Position numbers and translations under genes: made by a program
The notes under the pieces: model-generated
The model's database searches: none
What the model was told of the DNA's origin: nothing
The model's input: the letters and a program-made list of their open reading frames with translations, nothing else
From: Candidatus Latescibacterota bacterium
GTDB lineage: Bacteria; Latescibacterota; UBA2968
Length of the DNA: 64,000 nucleotides
Reading direction: 5' to 3'
Assembly: GCA_965116885.1 (NCBI GenBank)
Contig: OZ220741.1
Coordinates: 736,001-800,000 of the forward strand
In this document: positions 46,877 through 56,833 of the stretch, one piece after another
How positions within the stretch are numbered: the stretch's first letter is position 1
Layout: each line of letters starts with the position of its first letter

Positions 46877-46983
46877 ATCATAAATTGTTATTTTGATGAA
46901 ACTCAAACTTTCACAGAATGAAATAGGCAAAACACTTTACGTCAAGCACTTTTTGGACGCTTGACCTATCAAATGGGTTTCTG

Positions 46984-47811
46984 CTATTTATATTCTACAC
47001 ACGCCTTGAGCTTTGCCAGACCCTCTTCAGCGACCACAACAGACCCTTTTGCCCAGTAACTCGGATTAAACAACTCCAGAGACAACATCCCCTCATACCC
47101 CGCATTCTCAAACCCCGCCACAATCTCTGCCCAGGGCGCCAAACCATCCCCTGGATAAACCCGATCCGCATCTGTTATGGTATCCCTGCCGGGCGAAGCT
47201 GGATAATCATTCACATGCACCAAACCCAACTTACCCGGACCCAGATGCTCCAGCCCGTGAAAATGTCCACTCCCCTTGTACATGTGATACACATCCGCCA
47301 GAAGCACCGTATCTGGCCGCCCGCATTCAGCCGCTACAAACAAAGCTTCACCCAGCGTACCCAGAGTCTGCGCAATACCCCAAAACTCCAGCAGCGGTCT
47401 CGCCCGAAACCCGACAACCTCATCCATCAATTCCCCATAGCGACGCGCCACAGAAAACAAATCCACATCCCGGTCCCGGATCCCAAAAGGCGGAGCCGCG
47501 ACATACGTACAATCGAGCGCATCGGCCATCTCAAAACAGCGACGCGCTTCCTCAAGCCCCTTTGCCCGCTCCTCATCCTCTGGCACAGACCACTCAAAAA
47601 ACGCGATCAAATTGACAATCTGAATCCCCCTATCCGCTGCCTTATCGCGTATCTCAGACAGCGAACCACCCCCTGCAACCCACGCATCAATTTCTGCCAC
47701 CCACGGCTCAATCCCCTCATACCCCGCATCCGCCGCAATATCGATGGCATCGACCACAGAAACGCCCTCATTGCGAATCGTGCTGGTATTCAAACAATAC
47801 GAAAAACCCAT
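46984..47811 (-). CDS. Sugar phosphate isomerase/epimerase (xylose isomerase-like TIM barrel)
   Basis: LNTSTI, GYEGIEPW, LLEFWG, DVYHMYKG, HVND, DRVYPGDG, SLELFN. Confidence 0.88.
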   Translation of the reverse strand: MGFSYCLNTSTIRNEGVSVVDAIDIAADAGYEGIEPWVAEIDAWVAGGGSLSEIRDKAADRGIQIVNLIAFFEWSVPEDEERAKGLEEARRCFEMADALDCTYVAAPPFGIRDRDVDLFSVARRYGELMDEVVGFRARPLLEFWGIAQTLGTLGEALFVAAECGRPDTVLLADVYHMYKGSGHFHGLEHLGPGKLGLVHVNDYPASPGRDTITDADRVYPGDGLAPWAEIVAGFENAGYEGMLSLELFNPSYWAKGSVVVAEEGLAKLKACVEYK

Positions 47812-47880
47812 GTTTATTCTCCTCACACAAAGACACGAAGGGATAAAAAACGACCCGTTTTACCCCGCCCGCTCCGTCTA

Positions 47881-47910
47881 TTCATCTGCGTCTATCTGCG
47901 TCATCTGCGG
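47881..47910 (-). repeat. Three tandem ~10-mers (CGCAGATRRA on the minus strand)
   Basis: ttcatctgcg tctatctgcg tcatctgcgg; same family as 18101-18130. Confidence 0.75.
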
Positions 47911-47923
47911 ATACTTCTGTTTC

Positions 47924-49312
47924 CTATATACTCGGCAAAGGTGCCGTATCACCCGTCTCGTGCTGCCACAGGCGAATCGCCGCCGCCATACTGCGAACGC
48001 GATCCCGGTGCTCGGGCGCATCGAACAAATTATTCTCCTCAAAAGGATCGGTATTCAAATCGAACAACTCGCACTGATCGCCCGCACACAAATTCAACTT
48101 CCACCGGTCGCCCGTCACAACACAGCGCCACGGCAGCGTCGCCACCAAATTGATATCGGGAGTTCCCAAATTGCGGTCGCCAATCCCATTCCACTCCATA
48201 AACGCCATGTGCGCCTTCAAATCGCGGTCGCCCGTCAAAGCACCCGCCACACTCTCACCCTGACACTGATCTGGAATCGGTACCCCCGCCAGATCCAAAA
48301 GCGTCGGAACCAGATCCGCGTGACCAAACACCCCATCCACCCGCGTCTGCTCCGCATTCAACCACGGCACATGCATCAAAAACGGAACCCGCGCCGACTC
48401 TTCGTAAAACGCCCGCTTCTCCCACATGCGGTGATCGCCCGCCATCTCGCCGTGATCGCTCGTAAACACAAAAATCGTATTCTCCATCTGACCCGTCTCA
48501 TCCAGCGCCTGCACCATCTGACCAATGGCATCATCCACAATTTTCACATTGCCCAAATACTGCGCCCGCAACTTTCGCCAATTCTCATCCCGCGTCATAT
48601 CTTCTGCCACAACCCGCGCATCCGTGGTATTGCGATAAAAATCCGAACGCACGCGGTTAAACAGCGAATGCCCCTCTGGATGCTTCAAAAACGTCGGTCC
48701 CACCGGAATCTCCTCCGGATCGTACAACCCGTCATAAGGTCCCCGATAAGGCGGATGCGGCTCAAACGTACTGGCAACGAGCAGCCATGGCCGCCCCGTA
48801 TGCTCGCGAATAAACCGCTCGGACTCCGCGCCCACATAAGCCCCAATCTGCGCGGAAGCCGGCATCTCCGCACGTTGCTGGGGCGTAAACCTGTTGGGCA
48901 CATCCGGCGCAAAGCCCTGATCCACCAACCACTGGTGGTACCCACACCCATCCGCAATACTACACCACTCGTCAAACCCGTGCTGACAGTTGCCATCATC
49001 TCCCAGATGCCACTTGCCCACATACCCCTTGCGGTACGTATCGGGCATCATCTCCGCGATGGACAACGTCTCCTCCCTCATCGGAATCCCATTGACCACA
49101 CACCCATGCGAATGCGGATAAAGCCCGGTAATCAACGACCCCCGCGCCGGCGTACAAACCGCCTGCGTCACATAGGCATTCTCAAAAACAAAACTCCGCG
49201 CAGCCAGCGCGTCATGATGCGGCGACTGAATCCACTCATTGCCATAACACGCCATCGTATCCGTGCGCTGCTGATCTGTGATAATAACTACTATATTTGG
49301 TTGACGCGACAT
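47924..49312 (-). CDS. Sulfatase (S1, Cys-type)
   Basis: ITDQQR, CTPARGSLITG, GKWHL, SDHG. Confidence 0.92.
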   Translation of the reverse strand: MSRQPNIVVIITDQQRTDTMACYGNEWIQSPHHDALAARSFVFENAYVTQAVCTPARGSLITGLYPHSHGCVVNGIPMREETLSIAEMMPDTYRKGYVGKWHLGDDGNCQHGFDEWCSIADGCGYHQWLVDQGFAPDVPNRFTPQQRAEMPASAQIGAYVGAESERFIREHTGRPWLLVASTFEPHPPYRGPYDGLYDPEEIPVGPTFLKHPEGHSLFNRVRSDFYRNTTDARVVAEDMTRDENWRKLRAQYLGNVKIVDDAIGQMVQALDETGQMENTIFVFTSDHGEMAGDHRMWEKRAFYEESARVPFLMHVPWLNAEQTRVDGVFGHADLVPTLLDLAGVPIPDQCQGESVAGALTGDRDLKAHMAFMEWNGIGDRNLGTPDINLVATLPWRCVVTGDRWKLNLCAGDQCELFDLNTDPFEENNLFDAPEHRDRVRSMAAAIRLWQHETGDTAPLPSI

Positions 49313-49314
49313 TG

Positions 49315-50652
49315 CTATCTCTCCTGAATTTTAAAATGCCTACCTTCTTTCGCTGCTTGCCATTGGTCTTCTGTATCGATCTCCACGCCGGGATCGCCCT
49401 GTTGATTCATCCAGCAGTCCAGTTCGGCAGACAGGCGTTTCTTCGTCTCTGCGTGCGCGGGATCATCGACCAAATTATTCAACTCACAGGGATCCTCATC
49501 CATGCGATACAACTGCTCAGGGGGACGGCGCATGTATCGATCCACCAAAAACCGCGTATGCTCATTAAACGTCGTATCAAAAACCCATGTCGGCCAGTAC
49601 TGGTGCCATCTAAACTGCCCCATCAGATGCTTCTCAATATAGATCGCCTCGGGCGTCAAATTGCGAATATAGTGATACGTACCATCCGTCACCGCGCGGA
49701 TCGGATAGGGCGGACCCTCGGGAATATTATTATGCATAAAATACGCGAACTCTCGATGTGCATCTGCCTCGCCCAAAAGCACAGACATAAAACTCGACCC
49801 ATCAAAATCAATCGCATCGGGATCGCCGCCCGCAGCCTCAATCAGCGTTGGTGCGACATCTTCATACTGAATAACCGCATCGGTATATCCCGGCTTCACC
49901 ACGCCGGGCCAGCGCACGATAAAACCCGTATGAACACCCGTATTCCAATTCGTCCACTTGCACCCGGGAAACTGCGACCCCTGCTCAGACGTAAAAATCA
50001 CCAGCGTATTATCCGCCTGCCCGGACTCATCCAGCACCGATAGAATCTCACCCACCTCCTGATCCAGCACCTCGATCTCCGCCAAATACTTGGCATAATC
50101 ACTCCGCGTCTCCTCTGTATCCGCCAGATACGGAGGCAACTTCAACGCATCCAGATCAAAATGCTCGGGATTGCCCAGCGTCCACGGCGCGTGCGGCTCA
50201 AAAAGACCTGCCACAAGACAAAAAGGCGCATCCCGATCTTGCTCCACAAACGCGCGAATACCCTCAACGCCAAACTCGGGATCGGGATGTGTGCATCCCC
50301 CCTCAATACCCGGCACATATTCAAAAGGAAAACTCTTATTGGGACCCACATGCTTCTTGCCACACAGCCCCACGCGATATCCCAGATCCCCCAGAAAATG
50401 CGGAAGACTCCTCGTCCCCGGACGCGCAGCAGAATGATTCCAGCACGAACCATTGCGCGCCGGGTACAACCCCGTATAAAGTGCCGTACGGCACGGATTG
50501 CACATCGCCATAGGCAAATACGCCCGATTAAAAACCAGACCATCCCGCGCCAACCCGTCAATATTCGGCGTATCCACATTCTGCCCACCGTAAAGCGACA
50601 AATCGAGATACGTCGCATCATCTGCAATCACGATCAAAATATTCGGTCCCAT
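49315..50652 (-). CDS. Sulfatase (sulfamidase-like)
   Basis: IADD, CNPCRTALYTG, GKKHV, EPHAPW. Confidence 0.88.
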   Translation of the reverse strand: MGPNILIVIADDATYLDLSLYGGQNVDTPNIDGLARDGLVFNRAYLPMAMCNPCRTALYTGLYPARNGSCWNHSAARPGTRSLPHFLGDLGYRVGLCGKKHVGPNKSFPFEYVPGIEGGCTHPDPEFGVEGIRAFVEQDRDAPFCLVAGLFEPHAPWTLGNPEHFDLDALKLPPYLADTEETRSDYAKYLAEIEVLDQEVGEILSVLDESGQADNTLVIFTSEQGSQFPGCKWTNWNTGVHTGFIVRWPGVVKPGYTDAVIQYEDVAPTLIEAAGGDPDAIDFDGSSFMSVLLGEADAHREFAYFMHNNIPEGPPYPIRAVTDGTYHYIRNLTPEAIYIEKHLMGQFRWHQYWPTWVFDTTFNEHTRFLVDRYMRRPPEQLYRMDEDPCELNNLVDDPAHAETKKRLSAELDCWMNQQGDPGVEIDTEDQWQAAKEGRHFKIQER

Positions 50653-52091
50653 AACCCCTCCTTTTTAAGTCCCAATCGCACCAACAACTCTGACGGCGCA
50701 TCAATAGCGCGCAATTTCTCAACCATCAAATTTTGCATACGAGCCAGCGCATCGGATTCACTATCGGCGAGATCATTCTCCTGATCGGGATCCGAAGGCA
50801 TGTGATACAACCGCGTCTTGTGCTTCTCGGGATGTCGCGCAGGCGTCTGCTTGCTCCGCAGCACATCGGCACCCCAATCAAACTGATTCCGATTCGCAAT
50901 AATACTCGAATAAGCATACACCGGCGGATTGGACTCATCCACCCCCTGCAACAGCACATACTCCCCATCGGTAATATTGCACGTCCCCGAAAACTGACCG
51001 TACAAAATCGCATCGCGCCCGGGCGCATCCTCATCCCTCAGAAACGGAATCAAACTCTGCCCGTGCAAATTCACCCCATCGGGCACCGCCAACCCCATGG
51101 CCTCCACCACAGTCGGAAAATAATCAACCGGCTGAACAAACTGCACGGGACGCGCACCGTGACCAAACTCGGGATGCCACACAATCATCGGAATCCGCGT
51201 AATCTCATTCCAGAGCACCCAATTCTTTCCCGTGCGCCCGTGATCGCCATTGTGCGTCCCGTGATCCGACGCGAGAATAATCATCGTATTATCCATCAAC
51301 CCCATATTCTCAACCTGATCCAGAAAATGCCCCACCCAGCGATCCACCATCGTCACCTCACCCGCATAAATCGCCTGCACCCGCTTCAACTCCGCCGCCG
51401 TCAAATTGCCATCCACCCAATCGTACGGCGCCACCGGATACTCCATCACATCGTCTTCCGAATCATCGTACAACTTCACATAGTGGCGTGGCGGATCCCA
51501 TGGCTCGTGCGGATCAAAAGAATCAATCATCAAAAAGAACTCTTGATCCGCATTGTGCTGAAGCCATCGCGCCGCCCGTGAAAACAACTGCGGCGAAAAC
51601 CAATCGCGTTCTTCCTTGCGGATATATTGCGCATTGCGAAAATGCGGTTGCTCGGGCCTGTTATGCGGCGGATAATCCAGCGTCCGATTCTCAAAAACAA
51701 TATCCGAATCCGTCACATACCGGTCCCGCTCCTGCCCGCGCACAAAATCAAATCCCGAAAACGGACGCCAGTACCCACTGCCCGGATTGCTCGTCCAGTG
51801 GTGATACACATCCGTAAAAAAGTAGGACACCTTACCCGCCTCATGCACCGTCCCACCCAGCGTCACATCATCCGGCTCTATACCGCCCCACCCCCGCCAC
51901 GGAAACTCGTATCGCCCCGTCGCAATATCCCGGCGACACGGCAGCGTAGGATACGAAGCCAAATACGCATTCTCAAAAACCGCGCCCCGCTCGGCAAAAC
52001 GATCTATATTCGGCGTGTGAATCCGAGAATTGTCATAACACCCCACATGATCTCGACGCCAGGTATCCAGCACAATCAGAATGACATTCAT
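50634..52091 (-). CDS. Sulfatase-fold hydrolase with Thr at the nucleophile position
   Basis: LDTWRRD, SYPTLPCRRDIATG, FDPHEPWDPP, YAGEVTMVDRW, SDHG. Confidence 0.85.
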   Translation of the reverse strand: MNVILIVLDTWRRDHVGCYDNSRIHTPNIDRFAERGAVFENAYLASYPTLPCRRDIATGRYEFPWRGWGGIEPDDVTLGGTVHEAGKVSYFFTDVYHHWTSNPGSGYWRPFSGFDFVRGQERDRYVTDSDIVFENRTLDYPPHNRPEQPHFRNAQYIRKEERDWFSPQLFSRAARWLQHNADQEFFLMIDSFDPHEPWDPPRHYVKLYDDSEDDVMEYPVAPYDWVDGNLTAAELKRVQAIYAGEVTMVDRWVGHFLDQVENMGLMDNTMIILASDHGTHNGDHGRTGKNWVLWNEITRIPMIVWHPEFGHGARPVQFVQPVDYFPTVVEAMGLAVPDGVNLHGQSLIPFLRDEDAPGRDAILYGQFSGTCNITDGEYVLLQGVDESNPPVYAYSSIIANRNQFDWGADVLRSKQTPARHPEKHKTRLYHMPSDPDQENDLADSESDALARMQNLMVEKLRAIDAPSELLVRLGLKKEGLWDRIF

Positions 52092-52101
52092 AAAAAACTC
52101 C

Positions 52102-52764
52102 TCATGTTAAAACTTCTTCTACCCTCACCCGCAGATCCGCCACAGAATCACCCGCGGCATTGAGCACCACAGGACCATCATAACCATTCGCCTTGAGCGC
52201 GCGGACCACATCCACATCATCCTCCCCAATCGTCACCATCCCGATACGTTCCACATACTTATCCACAATCCCAACAGCGTTATCAACATCCATCGCATTG
52301 AGCCAGACATGCGCGCGCTCGGGCAAATCGGGCATCAAAGCGTCAAAATCCGCCGCACTTTCCAAACACGTATCCACCCCATTCCCGATATTCAGCGTCA
52401 CATCGGGAATATTCTCAAGCAACGCATGCACACCCCTCACCAGAGCCTCACGCGCCTCGCGGGAACGCGCACCACAGAGAAAATTGGCACACCGCAAGCG
52501 GAGTGCCCGCGCCAGATGAACATCCCACTCAACCTGCCGCAAATTGGAACCCGGATCATCGCGCACATGTAACCCCATCAACGCCACCCCCGCATCATCG
52601 AAATAATCGCGAATCATCCTCACCGAAGCATCTGGATGAAAAGGCGAACTCGCCGTAAACGCACAATGCAACACCATAGCATCAAAACCCGCTGCCTTCG
52701 CAATCTTCAAGGCAGCGGGCAACACAGCTTTTGGACACATAACAGGATCAAAACACAAACGCAA
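52102..52764 (-). CDS. Degenerate xylose isomerase-like TIM barrel protein
   Basis: ALKIAKAAGFD start, ALKANGYDGPVVL end; metal ligands largely missing. Confidence 0.6.
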   Translation of the reverse strand: MRLCFDPVMCPKAVLPAALKIAKAAGFDAMVLHCAFTASSPFHPDASVRMIRDYFDDAGVALMGLHVRDDPGSNLRQVEWDVHLARALRLRCANFLCGARSREAREALVRGVHALLENIPDVTLNIGNGVDTCLESAADFDALMPDLPERAHVWLNAMDVDNAVGIVDKYVERIGMVTIGEDDVDVVRALKANGYDGPVVLNAAGDSVADLRVRVEEVLT

Positions 52765-52785
52765 AACAAACCTCCTTCCCTCGTC

Positions 52786-53562
52786 TCACATCCCCTCCCA
52801 ATACGCCCACATATCATCCGGATCTTCAAACTTGAGATCATCCCAATTCGTCCACCGAAAACGCGTAATAATCGCCATGCGAATCTCATCGCTGCAATTC
52901 ATACTCGCGCTGTGAATCAAATGACTGTGCCAGAGCATCGCGGATCCCGCCGGCCCAGAAATCTCTTCATAATCCTCTTCATCCCAATCGAGAATCTCCA
53001 GCGGCCTCGTCGAACGCGGCTCCCCCTCGTAAATCGGCAACTGGTAAAACGCCTTACCCAGGCTCACCCGCGAATGGGTCTTAAAATAATCCGCCATGTG
53101 CTTATGTGTCCTCGGCCACACGCAGGTACCCCCACCCTGGGGCTTCACATCATTGAGATACAGCGTAATACCCACCGTCCAATTATTCACAACACCGCTG
53201 CCAAGCCCGTGGCCATCCATATGATTACCTCTGGGACCTACCCATTCACCACCCTGTGGAAACCGCAAATTCGCCGACGTAATTGGCGGATGCAAAGGCG
53301 CCAGCCGCCCCTTACCAGCCAACTCCTCAACCATACTGTACAGCGGCGAATCGTAAATCAGCGCGTGAAATGCCGCGTGCCCATCCATCCCCTGAGACCC
53401 CTCTTTCCCAACCCACGAAGAAGGATCATTGCGATCCACAGGCAAATGATCCCAGATCACATCTCGCGCAGCTGCCATCTGCGCGGGCGTCACCACATCG
53501 CGTTTAATCACATAGCCCTTCTCTCGAAACACCTCTTTATCATCAACCGTCAAATACGCCAT
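52786..53562 (-). CDS. PhyH-family dioxygenase
   Basis: FREKGYVI, HMDG, GGGT.VWP.TH, WHS.L.HSA. Confidence 0.85.
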   Translation of the reverse strand: MAYLTVDDKEVFREKGYVIKRDVVTPAQMAAARDVIWDHLPVDRNDPSSWVGKEGSQGMDGHAAFHALIYDSPLYSMVEELAGKGRLAPLHPPITSANLRFPQGGEWVGPRGNHMDGHGLGSGVVNNWTVGITLYLNDVKPQGGGTCVWPRTHKHMADYFKTHSRVSLGKAFYQLPIYEGEPRSTRPLEILDWDEEDYEEISGPAGSAMLWHSHLIHSASMNCSDEIRMAIITRFRWTNWDDLKFEDPDDMWAYWEGM

Positions 53563-55016
53563 CACACGCTCCTTCCGTCTGCGATATACCGCTCGACCAT
53601 CTCCCTGAACTCGCGCACAATACCCGGTTCCTGGTTAAACTTATTATACGACTCAAACGGATCATCCCCCATATGATAAAGCTGACCCCTTGACCCCGGC
53701 ACAGGACCCGTGCCCGCACACCCATCCACACCGCGCCCCATATCTCCAGAATTATCACAATCGCCAATCAACTTCCAATCCCCTCGCCGAATCGAAAACA
53801 CCCCCATGCAGGAATGGTGTATCAAATCATCCCGAACAGGCTCAGTCTCCCCCATCAACGCGGGTAAAAAACTCGCACTATCTTCCCCCGCATCCTCAGG
53901 AAGCGTCTCCCCCACAATATCCGCCACAGTCGCCATAAAATCCTGCAACCCGACCAGCGCATCGCAAACCGAATTCGGCGCAACAACACCCGGCCAGCGC
54001 GCGATAAACGGCTCTCTGTGTCCTCCCTCCCAGATAAACCCCTTAAAACCGCGCCAATCACCGCAAGACTTGTGACCATACGTGCGTCCATTACACCCGG
54101 GCAACGCCCCATTATCACTCGTCACAATAACCAGCGTATCATCCGCCAAATCACAGCGATCCAGCGCATCCATCACCTGCCCCACCATCCAGTCAACCAG
54201 CGCGACCATATCCCCCCGGGGACCTGCCTCACTCGCACCGCGCAAAAACTCCGGCACGCATTCGACCGTACACGGTTCATGCGGCGCAGAAGCCGCCAGA
54301 TAAAGAAAAAAAGGCGTATCTTCATCCTCTGCCCGCTCCTCAATATACGCCACAGCCTTCTCCGTAAAAGCCGGATCCGCCTCCTTGTGGTCCCAATCTG
54401 GAACCATCAACCCGCGCCGACCACCCGCCATCTCAACCGGCTTTTGCACACTCGGAATACCCACCGTCTGATCCTGATCGATAAAACAATAAGGCGGTTG
54501 CGCCGTCGAACAACCCGATGTCCCGTAAAACCTGTCAAACCCCAACTCAATCGGTCCGCCAGCAATCGGCTTTGAAAAATCGATCTTATCTTCCTCCACC
54601 GGATCGGGTGATCCACCCGGCCACGGCAGGGGCTGATCAAAATCAAACACCTCACCATCCTTCACACCCCAGCCCAAACCCAAATGCCACTTACCAAAAC
54701 ATCCCGTGTGATATCCACACTTCTTCAACAAAGAAGCCACCGTCATACGCTCAGGCTCAATCAATGGCAGTTCGTAATTGAACAACACATGAGACTTCAA
54801 TTCGGTGCGCCAGCAATAACGCCCGGTCAAAATCCCGTATCGCGTGGGCGTACACACCGCCGAAGGCGAATGTGCATCTGTAAACCGCATCCCCTCGCGC
54901 GCCAACCGATCCATATACGGCGTGGGAATCTTCGACTGCGGATTATAACACCCCACATCGCCATAGCCCATATCATCGGCGAGGATATAAACAATATTTG
55001 GACGTGTATTAGACAT
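53562..55016 (-). CDS. Arylsulfatase (S1, Cys-type)
   Basis: LADDMGYGD, CTPTRYGILTG, GKWHLG, SDNG, EGGHR. Confidence 0.93.
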   Translation of the reverse strand: MSNTRPNIVYILADDMGYGDVGCYNPQSKIPTPYMDRLAREGMRFTDAHSPSAVCTPTRYGILTGRYCWRTELKSHVLFNYELPLIEPERMTVASLLKKCGYHTGCFGKWHLGLGWGVKDGEVFDFDQPLPWPGGSPDPVEEDKIDFSKPIAGGPIELGFDRFYGTSGCSTAQPPYCFIDQDQTVGIPSVQKPVEMAGGRRGLMVPDWDHKEADPAFTEKAVAYIEERAEDEDTPFFLYLAASAPHEPCTVECVPEFLRGASEAGPRGDMVALVDWMVGQVMDALDRCDLADDTLVIVTSDNGALPGCNGRTYGHKSCGDWRGFKGFIWEGGHREPFIARWPGVVAPNSVCDALVGLQDFMATVADIVGETLPEDAGEDSASFLPALMGETEPVRDDLIHHSCMGVFSIRRGDWKLIGDCDNSGDMGRGVDGCAGTGPVPGSRGQLYHMGDDPFESYNKFNQEPGIVREFREMVERYIADGRSV

Positions 55017-55018
55017 CT

Positions 55019-55432
55019 CTAACCTCTCATATCAATCCACGGTTCATCCCCCGACACATCGACCAGCACCTCACCATCGAATTTAGCCGGAGACAAAATC
55101 GCCAAAAAAACCAGATCCTCATCCCCGGCATTATACGTCCCATGCACCATATCCATCGGAATATGCGCCGCATCCCCCGGACCCAGAATTTGCGAAACCC
55201 TATCCACCCACTGTTCCGCCGTCCCCGAAATCACATAAATAACCTCTTCCATACACGGATGGCGATGAAACGCGTGCGCCTTGCCCGGCGGCATCGTCAC
55301 CCGCACCAGCAACAAATGATCCGCCTCGGTCAACCCCTCCCGACTGATCCACTCGTGCGGCCCCCACGGCAATTCCTCCACCTGCACATCGTCTTGCGCG
55401 ATAAACCTCAACACATCAGATTTTGGCATCAC
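55019..55432 (-). CDS. Cupin domain protein
   Basis: HxH...EE.IYV.SG, GD..HIP....H. Confidence 0.85.
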   Translation of the reverse strand: MMPKSDVLRFIAQDDVQVEELPWGPHEWISREGLTEADHLLLVRVTMPPGKAHAFHRHPCMEEVIYVISGTAEQWVDRVSQILGPGDAAHIPMDMVHGTYNAGDEDLVFLAILSPAKFDGEVLVDVSGDEPWIDMRG

Positions 55433-56809
55433 TCACTCCTGCGGCAATTCCTCGGCACAGATATCGATCTCCTCGATCAGCCGCGCCAGATCTGCTTCTA
55501 CTTCTGCCTGCACATCGGCATACGCCGGATCGCCGTACACACTCGTCATCTCCCAGGGATCCTTCTCCAAATCGAACAAATCGCGCTCGCCGGTTCGATG
55601 TACCGCGAGCGTATAATTTTGCGTACGCACGCCATAGTGCTTCGTCGGCCCATCCCAATACGCATAAAAAGCCGACTGCCGCCAATCTTCGGGCGTCTTC
55701 CCCTCGCACAGCGCGCGAAAACTCCTGCCCTGCACCTGTGCATCGGGTTGCAACCCGGCAAAATCGAGATACGTCGCGCCAAAATCCACATTCACCACAA
55801 TATCCTCATTCACCGAACCCGGTGCAATCGCCCCTGGATACCGCATCACATAAGGCATGAGCAGCGACTCCTCCAGAATCAATCGCTTGTCAAAATACGA
55901 ATGCTCGCCCAAAAACATACCCTGGTCAGAAGTATATACCACAATCGTATTCTCCGTCAACCCCTCCTCATCCAGATAATCCAGCAACCGCCCCACACCC
56001 TCATCAATCGCCGTAATACACCGCAAATAATCCTTCACATACTTCTGATAAGCCGCGTGAATCTTCTCCGTCGTACTCATCCCCGTCGTATCCAACCGCC
56101 CCGTGGGCCACTCCCTTCCCCGGAGGCCCTCATCCATCCGCTCGGCCTGCATCAGTATCGTACGGTGGTGATCCTCCAACGCGCTGGACACCTTGTCAAA
56201 CGGCTTATACAAATTCGACGGCTCGGGCAAATCCCCATCCGTGAACAAATCCGCATGACGAGGCGCGTACTCCCACAAACCATGGGGCGCTTTGTGATGG
56301 CACAGCATCAAAAAGGGCTTATCCGGATCGCGCGCCTTCAACCAATTGAGCGACAAATCCGTAATAATATCCGTCGCATACCCCTCGTACTGCGTCGGCT
56401 CGCCATTGCGCGTAAACGACGGATCAAAATAAGCACCCTGCCCCGGCAACACCTCCCAATAATCAAACCCATCCGGATCAGACCCCAAATGCCACTTACC
56501 CGCAATACCCGTTTGATACCCAGAAGCCTGCAACTGCCGCACAAAATTGGGATGATCGTCACTCAGAGGTTGATTCAACCGCAACACCCCATTTTTATGG
56601 CTGTATTGCCCCGTAATAATACTCGCCCTGCTCGGCGAACACAGCGCATTATTGCAAATACAATTGTCAAACCGCATCCCCTCATTGGCGATGCGGTCAA
56701 TATTCGGTGTATCCACCACCTCATTCAGCCATCCGTTATAACAACTAATGGCATTCACAGTGTGATCATCAGACATAATGTAGAGAATATTGGGACGCGA
56801 ATCAGACAT
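55433..56809 (-). CDS. Sulfatase (S1, Cys-type; GlcNAc-6-sulfatase-like)
   Basis: MSDDH, CSPSRASIITG, HHKAPH, TSDQG.FLGEH..FDKR. Confidence 0.92.
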   Translation of the reverse strand: MSDSRPNILYIMSDDHTVNAISCYNGWLNEVVDTPNIDRIANEGMRFDNCICNNALCSPSRASIITGQYSHKNGVLRLNQPLSDDHPNFVRQLQASGYQTGIAGKWHLGSDPDGFDYWEVLPGQGAYFDPSFTRNGEPTQYEGYATDIITDLSLNWLKARDPDKPFLMLCHHKAPHGLWEYAPRHADLFTDGDLPEPSNLYKPFDKVSSALEDHHRTILMQAERMDEGLRGREWPTGRLDTTGMSTTEKIHAAYQKYVKDYLRCITAIDEGVGRLLDYLDEEGLTENTIVVYTSDQGMFLGEHSYFDKRLILEESLLMPYVMRYPGAIAPGSVNEDIVVNVDFGATYLDFAGLQPDAQVQGRSFRALCEGKTPEDWRQSAFYAYWDGPTKHYGVRTQNYTLAVHRTGERDLFDLEKDPWEMTSVYGDPAYADVQAEVEADLARLIEEIDICAEELPQE

Positions 56810-56833
56810 TAAACCCTCCATTTGAAAAAAATA

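Noticed and set aside
47744..49327. 527-aa + strand ORF
   Set aside because: Antisense shadow of a clear sulfatase; Arg/His/Ile-rich with no motifs.
55142..56812. 556-aa + strand ORF (and similar long ORFs at 35185, 38350, 42581, 47215, 52636)
   Set aside because: Antisense to well-supported genes; attributable to codon bias.
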